Positions 28,821-38,361 of a stretch of 64,000 bases of DNA are shown here, piece by piece. Source of the DNA: Candidatus Marinacidobacterium sp. (GTDB lineage: Bacteria > Acidobacteriota > Vicinamibacteria > Marinacidobacterales > Marinacidobacteraceae); contig OZ242011.1 in NCBI GenBank assembly GCA_965204755.1, positions 1,856,001 through 1,920,000 on the forward strand, in the 5' to 3' direction. Numbering within the stretch: position 1 is the first letter of the stretch; each line of letters begins with the position of its first letter. A model generated the notes under the pieces. That model searched no databases. It had not been told where the DNA came from and saw only the letters and a program-made list of their open reading frames with translations. Position numbers and translations under genes: made by a program.

Positions 28821-30827
28821 ATGGGCCCGGAATCGCCCACTTCGTGCGTAGATGTACCATCCGCCGTTCTCTTGTTGCGGAATCCCGCCCGGTCGGGCCT
28901 TCTCCTCATCGTTACCGCCGGCCTCGCCACCGCCGCTCCGCCCGAAGATGAGCGGCCCGATGCGCCAACGACCACCGACCCCACAACCCCCGCCACCGCC
29001 ACCAACCCCCCCGCTCCCCAACCCGACGACCCCGACCCCCAACCCCCCGCCTACTCCGAAACCGTAGTCGTCACCGCCTCCCGCGCGGAGGAGTCCATCG
29101 TGGACTCCGTCGCCCTGGTCACCTCCCTCGACGCCGACGCCCTCGCCCAATCCCCCGGCGCCCTGGTGGACGAGGCCCTCGCCCGCGTCCCCGGGTTCGG
29201 ACTCTTCCGCCGGAACACCAGCCTCATCTCGCACCCCACCACCACCGGGGTCTCGCTCCGCGGGCTTGGCCCCAGCGGGGCCAGCCGCAGCCTCGTCCTC
29301 TGGGACGGGATCCCGCTGAACGACCCCTTCGGCAACTGGGTGTACTGGAACCGCCTCCCCACCCTCCTCCTCGACCGGATCGAAGTCGCGCGCGGCGGGG
29401 CCAGTCCGCTCTACGGCAGTTCCGCGCTCGGCGGAACCATCCAACTCTTCTCCCGCGACCCGGCGCCCGCCTTCCACGCCCGCGCCCGCGCCGGGGAACT
29501 CGGCGTGCGCGACGGCGAAGTCATGGCCTCCCACCGCTCCGGCGACTTCGGTTTCCTCGGCGCCGCCCGCCTCTTCGACAGCGAGGGCTACCACCGCATC
29601 CGCGAGTCCGAGCGTGGCTCGGTGGACGAGCCGGCGGGCGTGGACTTCCGCTCGGCGGTCGGCCGGGTCGAGGCCGGCCCGGTCCACTTCGGCCTCAACT
29701 ACTACTCCGAAGACCGCCGCAACGGCACCCCGACCCAGGTCAACGACTCCCGCCTCCTGCTCCTCAGCGGCGGCATCACGCAGGACGACTGGAGCCTCAG
29801 CCTCTTCGGCCAGAGCGCCGAACTGAACAGCGACTTCTCCCGCATCCTCGCCGGCCGCGACCGGGAAATCCCCACCTCCCAGCAGCACTACGAATACTCC
29901 GGGCTCGGCGGCCTCTTCACCGCGCGCCTCGGCGACACCGTGATGGCCGGGGCCGACTGGGTGCGCTCTTCCTGGGACGACCACGCGCAGAACCGGCTCG
30001 GCGCCTTCGTCCAGAAGCGGTTCTCCGCGAGCGACCGCGTGGAGTTCCTCGCCGACGGCCGCGCCGACTTCTGGCAGAACGCCGGGAACCGCGTCAGTTT
30101 CAACCCCCGCCTCGGCGTCCGCGTCCGCGCCGCCGACCGCGCCACCCTGCGCGCCTCCGCCTACCGCGGCTTCCGCGCGCCGTCGCTGAACGAGTTGTAC
30201 CGCCCCTTCCGCGTCGGCAATGTCCGCGTCGCCGCCAACGACGAACTCGGCGAAGAAACCCTCTACGGCGCCGAGGCCGGGGTGGACCTCTACCCGTCCG
30301 CGGACCTGCTGCTCCGCGCCAACCTCTTCTGGAACTCGCTCCGCGACGCCGTCGGGAATGTCACGCTCGAAGTGAACGACCGGGGAGTCTTCCGCCAGCG
30401 GCGGAACATCGGCCGCGCGCGGGTGCGCGGCGCCGAAGCGGAACTGCGACTCCGCGCCTCCGCCGACCTCGAACTCTTCGCCGCCTACCTCTTCTCCTCC
30501 GCCACTGTCGAGGACACCGGGCTGCGGCTGCCGCAGACGCCGCTCCACCAGGGGACGCTGGGTTTCGTCTGGGACGGGCCGGCGCAGGTGCGCGCCGACC
30601 TGCGGTTCATGAGCGAGCAGTTCGAGGACGACCGCAACGAGTTGCCGATGGCCGGCTTTGCCTCGCTCGGCGTCCGCGCCGCCTTCCCGGTAACCGAGGG
30701 CATCGGCATCTATGCGGCGGGCGAGAACCTGCTCGACGCCGAGATCGTCAGCGCCCGGACGCCCATCGAGACGCTGGGAACCCCCCGCGCCATCCACTTC
30801 GGACTCGACCTCCGCTTCGGCCGATGA
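28821..30827 (+). CDS. TonB-dependent receptor (intact copy; start uncertain)
   Basis: TonB box ETVVVTASR, plug RGLG..LVLWDGIPLND, RIEVARG..LYGSSALGGTI, C-terminal GLDLRF. Confidence 0.92.
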   Translation: MGPESPTSCVDVPSAVLLLRNPARSGLLLIVTAGLATAAPPEDERPDAPTTTDPTTPATATNPPAPQPDDPDPQPPAYSETVVVTASRAEESIVDSVALVTSLDADALAQSPGALVDEALARVPGFGLFRRNTSLISHPTTTGVSLRGLGPSGASRSLVLWDGIPLNDPFGNWVYWNRLPTLLLDRIEVARGGASPLYGSSALGGTIQLFSRDPAPAFHARARAGELGVRDGEVMASHRSGDFGFLGAARLFDSEGYHRIRESERGSVDEPAGVDFRSAVGRVEAGPVHFGLNYYSEDRRNGTPTQVNDSRLLLLSGGITQDDWSLSLFGQSAELNSDFSRILAGRDREIPTSQQHYEYSGLGGLFTARLGDTVMAGADWVRSSWDDHAQNRLGAFVQKRFSASDRVEFLADGRADFWQNAGNRVSFNPRLGVRVRAADRATLRASAYRGFRAPSLNELYRPFRVGNVRVAANDELGEETLYGAEAGVDLYPSADLLLRANLFWNSLRDAVGNVTLEVNDRGVFRQRRNIGRARVRGAEAELRLRASADLELFAAYLFSSATVEDTGLRLPQTPLHQGTLGFVWDGPAQVRADLRFMSEQFEDDRNELPMAGFASLGVRAAFPVTEGIGIYAAGENLLDAEIVSARTPIETLGTPRAIHFGLDLRFGR

Positions 30828-33025
30828 CTCGTCGGGCATCCGCCGCCGGGCGCTTCCTCGCCGCGGCGCTGACCCTCGCCGCCCTCGCCTGCGGCGGCCC
30901 CGCCCCCGCGCCGGAAACCCAGGCCCCGGCCGGCCTCCGCGACCTCTCCGACTGGCCGCGGCAAACCCTCCGCGACGAGCCCTTCGATGTCCTCCACTAC
31001 CGGGTGGAACTCGACCTCGACGAGACCCGCCGCAGCCTCGACGGCCGCGCCGAGATCCGCCTCGTCGCCGAAGAAGACCTGACGCAACTCACCCTCGACG
31101 CCGAAACCTTCACCGTCACCGCCGTCGAAGTGGACGGCGCCGCCGCCGACTTCACCCAGGTCGCCGGCGTCCTCGACATACGACCGACCGAGCCCCTCCC
31201 CGCCGGCGCCGAAGCCCTGCTCGCCGTCGAATACGGCGGCGAGGGAGTGGATGTGGACGCCACGCGCTACGGGATGCCGGCCTCCTACGACCTCGGCCTC
31301 GACTTCAAGTCGGAAACCGACGCCAACCCCGAACTCGTGAACACCCTCTCCTTCCCGGAGGGCGCCCGCCACTGGTATCCCTCGGTGGACCACCCGGCCG
31401 ACCGCGCCACCTTCGAGGTGCTGGCCACCGTGCGCGAGGACTGGCGCGTCCTGTCGAACGGCCGCCTGGTCGGCATCACCGAAGGCGGGCGCCCCGGAAC
31501 GCGCACCCACCACTGGCGCCTCGACGAGCCGCACCCGACCTACCTTTCGGTGCTGGTCGCCGGCCCCTACGAGGTGATCGAAGACGCGCACGGCGCCGTG
31601 CCGGTGAACTACTGGGTCTATCCGCAGGCGGTGGCCGACGCCGACCGCAGTTTCCACAAGACGCCGGCGATGCTCGCCTTCTTCGAGGAGGAATACGGCG
31701 GCGTCCCCTACCCGTGGAACAAGTACGACCAGGTCACCATCCCCGGCATCGGCGGCGGCGCGGAGAGCACCACCGCGACCGTGCTCGGCCAGAGCACGAT
31801 CCACGACGAACGCGCCGAGCAGGACTTCCCCAGCCACGGCCTGGTCGCCCACGAGGCCGCGCACCATTGGTTCGGCGACTTCGTCTCCTACCGCGACTGG
31901 GGCGAGACCTGGCTCAGCGAGAGTTTCGCCACCTGGTCGGAGTACCGCTGGCACGCCGAGGAACTCGGCCCCGCCGAAGCCGGCGAAAACATGCGCCGGA
32001 AGCGCGAGTCCTACTTCCGACAGGCGCGGACGGTGCTGCGCCCGGTCGTCGGCGACCGCTGGCGCCGCCCGAACGACAACTTCGACGCCCACACCTACCC
32101 GAAGGGCGCGGCGCTGATCCACCTCCTCCGCCACATCGTCGGCCCGGAGGAGTTCCGCCGCGGTCTGGGCCACTTCCTGGAAAAGCACGCCTTCCAGCCG
32201 GTGGACACCGAGGACTTCATCACCGCCTTCGCCGAAGAACCGGGTGCGGACATCCGCTGGTTCGTGGACCTGTGGCTGCGGAGGCCGGGCCATCCGGTGC
32301 TGGAGATCACTTCGTCCTGGGCCGACGGGCAGGTGGAAATGCACATCCGCCAGGTGCAGTCGCCGGAAGCCAGCATCGGCGAAGTCCCGGACGCCTACCG
32401 CGCGCCGCTCTCCGCGCGGGTGGTCGGCGAGTCCGGTTCCGAGACCCACGAGTTCTGGCTCGAAGGCCGTGAGCAGACCCTGACCTTCCCGGCGGCGGAG
32501 CGCCCGAAGTTCGTCCGCTTCGACGCCGACGATGTGCTGCTGGCGGAGTTGCGGATCGACAAGCCCGGCGAGGAATGGATCGCCCAGTTGCGCGAGGACG
32601 ACGCCGCCGGCCGCCGCCGCGCCGCCGTGGCCCTCGGCGGCTTCCGCGAACGCGAAGCCCGCTCCGCCCTCTGGGAAGCCGCCGCGAACGACCCCTTCTG
32701 GGCCGTCCGCCAAGCCGCGCTGGAGGGCCTCGACCCGTCCAACCCCGCCGATTTCGACACGCTCTCCACCGCCGCCGCCGAGGACCCCAAGTCCACCGTT
32801 CGCGCCGCCGCCCTCGACCTCCTGGGCGTCACCGGCAACGCCCCGTTCCTCATCGAACGCTTCCACGCCGACTCGTCCTACGCCGCCCAAGCCGCCGCCC
32901 TCCGCTCCCTCGGCCGCGCCGGCGGCGACTTGGCCCCTCCGGTCCTGGAGGAGGCGGCCGCGATGGCGTCTCCCCGCGATGTAATCGCCCGCGCCGCCCG
33001 GGAAGCGCTCGAGTCCCTGCGGTAA
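30824..33025 (+). CDS. M1-family aminopeptidase with HEAT repeats, lipoprotein
   Basis: GGAES (GAMEN-like), HEAAHHWFG..WLSESFA, YPKGA; C-terminal HEAT repeats. Confidence 0.9.
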   Translation: MTRRASAAGRFLAAALTLAALACGGPAPAPETQAPAGLRDLSDWPRQTLRDEPFDVLHYRVELDLDETRRSLDGRAEIRLVAEEDLTQLTLDAETFTVTAVEVDGAAADFTQVAGVLDIRPTEPLPAGAEALLAVEYGGEGVDVDATRYGMPASYDLGLDFKSETDANPELVNTLSFPEGARHWYPSVDHPADRATFEVLATVREDWRVLSNGRLVGITEGGRPGTRTHHWRLDEPHPTYLSVLVAGPYEVIEDAHGAVPVNYWVYPQAVADADRSFHKTPAMLAFFEEEYGGVPYPWNKYDQVTIPGIGGGAESTTATVLGQSTIHDERAEQDFPSHGLVAHEAAHHWFGDFVSYRDWGETWLSESFATWSEYRWHAEELGPAEAGENMRRKRESYFRQARTVLRPVVGDRWRRPNDNFDAHTYPKGAALIHLLRHIVGPEEFRRGLGHFLEKHAFQPVDTEDFITAFAEEPGADIRWFVDLWLRRPGHPVLEITSSWADGQVEMHIRQVQSPEASIGEVPDAYRAPLSARVVGESGSETHEFWLEGREQTLTFPAAERPKFVRFDADDVLLAELRIDKPGEEWIAQLREDDAAGRRRAAVALGGFREREARSALWEAAANDPFWAVRQAALEGLDPSNPADFDTLSTAAAEDPKSTVRAAALDLLGVTGNAPFLIERFHADSSYAAQAAALRSLGRAGGDLAPPVLEEAAAMASPRDVIARAAREALESLR

Positions 33026-33048
33026 CAGAGTGCGATAGCCCCGTTCCC

Positions 33049-34422
33049 ATGAATGCCTCCGGAACATCGATCGGTGGCGACAGGTCCGCGTACGAGCTCC
33101 TGCGCCAAGCGGAAGTGCTGTACGAGCGCTACGAGGCGGGCCGGAAAGAACCCTTCAACCTGTTCTCGGTGTTGCGCAAAGCGAGCGACGAGGAACACCT
33201 GCACTCGAAGTTCCTCGCGGCTCTCCTGAACTGGGAGTCACCGGAAGACGGCGCGGAAAAGGGTGCCAAGAAGAACCTCCGCGACTTCGTTGAGCAGGTC
33301 GTGGCACCCGCCGTGGACACCGCGCGCGAAGAGGCAGCCCGCAAAGAGGCGGAAGGCGGGGATGCGGAGTCACCGGAGGACCGCGGAGAGCCGCGTCTAG
33401 AGAACGCGGCCCCTCCCTCCGCACCCCAGGTCGAAAGCCATGAACGGCGCGAAGCGGATGTCGGTAATGGCGATTCCTACCGGAGCGGCTCTCTCAGTGC
33501 CGGGCAGTTCTCGTTCTTGGTTGACGAGGGTGCCAGAGTCGAACGGGAACGGCATCACATCGATCTGCTGATCACGAACGCCGACGGCCAGGCGATCGTG
33601 CTCGAGAACAAGATCTGGGCAGGCGACCAGCCACGGCAACTTGAGCGTTATTTCGACACAGTAAAGCGTCTCGGCTTGGAACCGACGCTCGTCTATCTGA
33701 CGCTTGATGGCCGCCCACCGTCCGAACAGAGCCGTAGGGAACATGTAGTCGCTTGCCTGAGTTACAGAGAGGACCTTATTCCGTGGCTGAGGGGATGCCA
33801 GGAGAGAGCCTGCGACGAGCCGGCACTGCGAGAGTCGGTGGCTCAGTATCTCGCTCTGATTCACACCCTATGCGGCGACGCCGGGAGGGAATTCATGACC
33901 GAACTCACGAAACTCTTGCGCGAGGGAAACGACCTCATCTTGGCGCGTACGCTCGGAGATGCCGCCACGGTTGCCTGGGGCGATCTCCTCTTCGACTACT
34001 GGGAAGGCGTACGCCAGGAAGTCGAAACGGAGATCGGCCTGCTGCCCGACCAAAGCGATCTTCGAGGCTGGATCAAACGGTTCGTTGACCGGCGAGCGGG
34101 TCACTTCCACTACTCTTGGCCTCTACCGAGCGAATGGGCGCCGGCTCCGCTCGCTCTCGAGGCGCGACGCGATGGCGGAATCTTCTGGGGTGTCATCTGC
34201 GGCAACCGGGAACACCGGGAACTGTACGGCCGACTGAAGGACAAACTGAGTCCTTTGGGGTATGCCCATGCTGAGCGGTGGTGGTCCGGCCGCAAGTTCG
34301 TCTGTGAGGGGAATACCAGCAGACCCTCCGAGAGGGTGCTCGCGGTCTTGAACAACGCGCAGAAGCGAAGTGAGGTTGTCCGGGATCTGATCGAGACTTG
34401 GGAGTCTCTGCGAAAGGCCTGA
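33049..34422 (+). CDS. PD-(D/E)XK nuclease (PDDEXK_4-like) with variable C-terminal domain
   Basis: FNLFSVL..DEEHLHSKFLAALL, HIDLLI..VLENKI..DQPRQLERY, VYLTLDG; internal GGAGG + ATG at 33895. Confidence 0.88.
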   Translation: MNASGTSIGGDRSAYELLRQAEVLYERYEAGRKEPFNLFSVLRKASDEEHLHSKFLAALLNWESPEDGAEKGAKKNLRDFVEQVVAPAVDTAREEAARKEAEGGDAESPEDRGEPRLENAAPPSAPQVESHERREADVGNGDSYRSGSLSAGQFSFLVDEGARVERERHHIDLLITNADGQAIVLENKIWAGDQPRQLERYFDTVKRLGLEPTLVYLTLDGRPPSEQSRREHVVACLSYREDLIPWLRGCQERACDEPALRESVAQYLALIHTLCGDAGREFMTELTKLLREGNDLILARTLGDAATVAWGDLLFDYWEGVRQEVETEIGLLPDQSDLRGWIKRFVDRRAGHFHYSWPLPSEWAPAPLALEARRDGGIFWGVICGNREHRELYGRLKDKLSPLGYAHAERWWSGRKFVCEGNTSRPSERVLAVLNNAQKRSEVVRDLIETWESLRKA

Positions 34423-34845
34423 CCACCTCCTGACACCCGTCTCTCTCGCCCGACCGCGCAATGCTCTGGCGAGAGGCGCCGGTGAGCATCCGAGTCGTCG
34501 GCGCTGCGGGGCGCGGGCGGCATCGGCCATCCGGCCGAAGCCGGCAACCCCCAGATTCCCCCTACTTCGACGGTTTGGTCTTGTAAGTTGTTGACTGTTG
34601 GGAAGTTGATTTCGTAGGCACACTACATCCGGGCTCATGGTTGGGGCCGGTGCGACCCGGCGGGGCTCCGCCACCACTGTCGCGATTCGGGTTCGGCGGC
34701 CATCCCCGGAGACCGCCCGACCTCCGAGCCGAGGTCCCCGCCCGAAGCGTGAACCACGGGCTCGTCGGCTCCCCGGATGCGCCCCACCAACAGGCGCCGA
34801 GACCTCCGGCTCGGCCCCCGAACCGAGTTATAGCGAGTTTAGGCA

Positions 34846-34868
34846 GGTTTATCGGATTTCGATAAACC
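34846..34868. promoter_or_regulatory. perfect inverted repeat, candidate operator
   Basis: GGTTTATCG-N5-CGATAAACC in a long intergenic region. Confidence 0.4.
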
Positions 34869-35128
34869 GGGGTAAACCTCCTACAACCGGAGCAACATCC
34901 CGGTCGCCCGAGAGCCCCGGCCTCGACCACCCGGCACCGGGCGAGAAGACCGGCACGGTCGGCAAACTCCGGTAGCCAAGCCGAATTCCCGAAGGTCCGG
35001 GCGTATGCACAAAGGCTTGGAGCAATCACCCGGAGCCTGCATTTCGCCCCGTTTCGACACCGAGACGCGAACACTTGCCCCGCCCCCCGGACCCGGCGGA
35101 TAGGATGGAACGCCCGAGGAACAACGAA

Positions 35129-37081
35129 GTGAAACACCACCGCCGCGCGCGGACCGCCCTCCCCACCTGCGCCGCCGCCCTCGCCACGACCCTCGCCGTC
35201 GCCCAACCCCCCGAAGACACCCACTTCCCCTGGCCCTCCTTCCGCGGCCCCTCCGCCTCCGGCATCGCCGACGGACAAGCCCCGCCGACCGAGTGGGACG
35301 CGGGCACCGGCGAGAACATCCGCTGGAGCACGGAGATCCCCGGCCTCGGTCACTCCAGCCCCATCGTCTGGGGCGACCGCGTCTTCCTCACCACCGCGGT
35401 CAGCGCCGACCCCGACCCGGTCTTCCGCTACGGCACCGACGGCCGCATAGATCGCCGCTCCGACCGCGAACCCAACACCTGGTTCGTCTATGCCTTCGAC
35501 CGCGCGGACGGCCGCGTCCTCTGGACCCGCGAAGCCGCCAGCGGCGTCCCCGCCATCGCCCGCCACCCGAAGAACACCTACGCCTCCGCGACCCCCGCGA
35601 CCGACGGCGAGCGCGTCGTCGCCCTGATGGCCAACGGCGGCCTCTTCGCCTACGACCTCGACGGCGAGCCGCTGTGGTCGGTGGACCTCGGCCCCCTCGA
35701 CTCCGGCGCCTCCTACGACGACACCTACCAGTGGGCCGCCGCCAGTTCCCCCATCCTCTGGCGCGGCCTGGTGATCGTCCAGGCCGACCAGCAGGAGGGC
35801 TCGTTCCTCGCCGCCTTCGACGCCGCCACCGGCGAGGAGGCTTGGCGCGCACCCCGCCAGTTGATCTCCGCCTTCTCGACGCCGCTCGTCCTCGAAGGCC
35901 CCGCCCGCGCCGAACTCGTCACCAACGGCGCCGGCACCATGTTCGGCTACGACCCCGCGACCGGCGAAGAACTCTGGCGAATGTCCGGCAGTTCCTTCAA
36001 CACCACGCCCACCCCGGTCGCCGCCGACGGGCTGATCTACCTCACCAGCGGCTACCGCATCCGCCCGATCTTCGCCGTCCGCGCCGGCGCCGCCGGCGAC
36101 ATCTCCCTCGCCGAAGGCGCCCGCTCGAACCCCGATGTGGCCTGGAGTTCCCCCCGCGACGGCCCCTACATGTCCTCCCCGCTGGCCTACCGCGGCCTCC
36201 TCTATGTGGTCTCCACCGGCGGCGTCCTCACCGTCTTCGACGCCGCCACCGGCGACCGCATCTACAAGCGCCGCATCGGCGACCGCGGCGGCGCCTACAC
36301 CGCCTCCCCGGTGGCGGCGGACGGGCGGATCTACCTGGCGTCCGAGGACGGCGACATCTTCGTCATCCGCGCCGGCCCCGACTACGAGTTGCTGGCCGCC
36401 AACCCGATGGGCGAAGTCTGCCTGGCCACCCCGGCGATCTCCGAAGGCCAGATCCTCATCCGCACGACCTCGCGCCTGGTCGCCGCCGCCGACGGCATCG
36501 CCGCCAGCGCCGCCCCCGCGAGACCCTCCCGCGCCCCCTTCCCGGAGGCGTTCGCGGCCGGGACGACCCTCGCGCTCGACGACTTCGAGGACGACGACCT
36601 CTACGCGAGCACCGGCGTCCGCTGGCAGACCTTCACCAACGGCGTCTCGAACGCCGAGTTGCGCCTCGTCCGCCCCGGCGCCGGTTCGACGGGGGCGGCC
36701 GTCCGCGTCGAGGGCGAACTGGCCCTCGGCGCCGAACGCGGCCCCCTCGCCCAGATGTACCAGCCCTTCGACCGCGGCGCCATGCCGGTGGACTTGCGCG
36801 GCCTCGGCGGCGTCCGCTTCCACGCCCGCGGAAACCGCCCCTTCGACCTCTCCATCCGCTGCGCCGACGGCGAATTCCGCCACGAAGTCCCGGTCTCGGA
36901 GGAATGGCGCCCGTTCGACCTCCCCGTCGAATCCCTCACGCCCCTCCGCCCCGACAACGCCGGCGCCCCGTGGACCGGCGACCGCTGCGTCGGAATCTAC
37001 TTCTCCCGCCGCGGCACCGCCGACCCCGGCCCGTTCCGCTTCGAGTTGGACGAAATCACCCTCTACGGCCGCGCCCGGTAG
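35129..37081 (+). CDS. secreted PQQ-like beta-propeller protein with C-terminal CIA30/carbohydrate-binding-like domain
   Basis: WPSFRGP, GHSSPIVWGD, ASATPATDG, YTASPVAADG; signal peptide. Confidence 0.85.
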   Translation: MKHHRRARTALPTCAAALATTLAVAQPPEDTHFPWPSFRGPSASGIADGQAPPTEWDAGTGENIRWSTEIPGLGHSSPIVWGDRVFLTTAVSADPDPVFRYGTDGRIDRRSDREPNTWFVYAFDRADGRVLWTREAASGVPAIARHPKNTYASATPATDGERVVALMANGGLFAYDLDGEPLWSVDLGPLDSGASYDDTYQWAAASSPILWRGLVIVQADQQEGSFLAAFDAATGEEAWRAPRQLISAFSTPLVLEGPARAELVTNGAGTMFGYDPATGEELWRMSGSSFNTTPTPVAADGLIYLTSGYRIRPIFAVRAGAAGDISLAEGARSNPDVAWSSPRDGPYMSSPLAYRGLLYVVSTGGVLTVFDAATGDRIYKRRIGDRGGAYTASPVAADGRIYLASEDGDIFVIRAGPDYELLAANPMGEVCLATPAISEGQILIRTTSRLVAAADGIAASAAPARPSRAPFPEAFAAGTTLALDDFEDDDLYASTGVRWQTFTNGVSNAELRLVRPGAGSTGAAVRVEGELALGAERGPLAQMYQPFDRGAMPVDLRGLGGVRFHARGNRPFDLSIRCADGEFRHEVPVSEEWRPFDLPVESLTPLRPDNAGAPWTGDRCVGIYFSRRGTADPGPFRFELDEITLYGRAR

Positions 37082-37095
37082 AGCAGGTTCGCCGC
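37028..37095 (+). repeat. 68-bp direct repeat, left copy
   Basis: identical to 38294-38361 except for one base. Confidence 0.9.
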
Positions 37096-37298
37096 CCCCG
37101 GTCCCGGGGCCACTCCGGGACAACCCGCCTCCGGAGGCGCTCGGCGGAATCGTCCGAGCCACCGGTGCGCCTTCCGGTAGGTCGGCTCCACCGGAGTCGC
37201 GCTTGCACGCGCTCCGCGTCCCTCGATAGGGTGGGAATCGGAGCGCCGAACTGACGGCTGCTCCGCTCAACCTCCGATCGACCAGACGGGAGCCGACG

Positions 37299-38255
37299 AT
37301 GCTTCAGGCACTCAAGGACTACTTCAAGGCGCGAGGAATTCTCTCGACGCACTTTCGCTGCGAGCACAGCGATTCCTGCGCAGGGTGCTTGGCGGCGGAG
37401 GATCATCCTGACTGGGAGATTGATCTCCGCTTCGCCAGGGAAGACTCCGGCGACGGAGACACTCGCCCATGCCCGAAGTGCGGGGCGCCCATGGACCGCG
37501 CCTGGAAGGGAAAGAAGGAATGCAGGGTGAAGGGATGCGGCTACTTTCCCCGGTTCACCGGCCCGAAGTCTTCGTATGTCGGTACGGGGTACGAGCGAAG
37601 CGGGGGATTCGCACGGGGAGACTTGCCTCGGCTCTTCATCCTCTCGCCGGATTCCGGAGGTGAGACTTGGGACGCGAGGAGCAAGACACCGGAGTCGGTT
37701 CGGCGCTGGGAAGAACGAGCCACCAATGATGTGGCGAACTACGGCGAGAAAGACCAAGACAAACACTGGTACCGGACCTATGAACTCGCCTCGTACATCC
37801 TCCGTGTCTTCGATCCGAGGTTCGAGACCATCGGAAATGTGACGGGTCACTTCGCGCATGTCAACGCCGCGAAGTGCTCCCTCAACAATTACGCCAACAG
37901 AGAGGCCGATGATCAACTCGCCGAAAACTGCCGCGAGTACCTTCCCGGAGAACTGGAGATTCTTCGCCCCGACATCGTGGTAACGCAGGGCAGGAAGTGC
38001 GAAAGACTCGCCGTCAGGCATCTCTACCGTGGCCGGATCAGTCAGATCGAGGGTGAACTGGCGTGGGTCCAAATGAACGATGCGCACCGGTTCTTGTGGC
38101 TGTGGATTTTCCACCCGACTTCGCGGCCGCCTAGGAAGGGAGAGCTCAGCCCGTTCGAGAAGCAGGCCGACTACGACGCTTCGGGGACCGCGCAAGGTTG
38201 GGTGCGGCGCTCAAGACGGATCCGCCAACTCTTGGAGGAGTCTCAGAGCGGGTAA
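37299..38255 (+). CDS. divergent uracil-DNA glycosylase-superfamily protein with zinc-ribbon insertion
   Basis: C..C, CPKCG..CRVKGC, YVG..Y, NAAKC, NCREYLPGELEILRPDIVVTQG, FHPT. Confidence 0.7.
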   Translation: MLQALKDYFKARGILSTHFRCEHSDSCAGCLAAEDHPDWEIDLRFAREDSGDGDTRPCPKCGAPMDRAWKGKKECRVKGCGYFPRFTGPKSSYVGTGYERSGGFARGDLPRLFILSPDSGGETWDARSKTPESVRRWEERATNDVANYGEKDQDKHWYRTYELASYILRVFDPRFETIGNVTGHFAHVNAAKCSLNNYANREADDQLAENCREYLPGELEILRPDIVVTQGRKCERLAVRHLYRGRISQIEGELAWVQMNDAHRFLWLWIFHPTSRPPRKGELSPFEKQADYDASGTAQGWVRRSRRIRQLLEESQSG

Positions 38256-38293
38256 GTCGCGACGAATCGGGTGTCCTGAGCGGCTTCGCGGGA

Positions 38294-38361
38294 GGCCCGT
38301 TCCGCTTCGAGTTGGACGAAATCACCCTCTACGGCCGCGCCAGGTAGAGCAGGTTCGCCGC
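38294..38361 (+). repeat. 68-bp direct repeat, right copy
   Basis: copy of 37028-37095. Confidence 0.9.
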
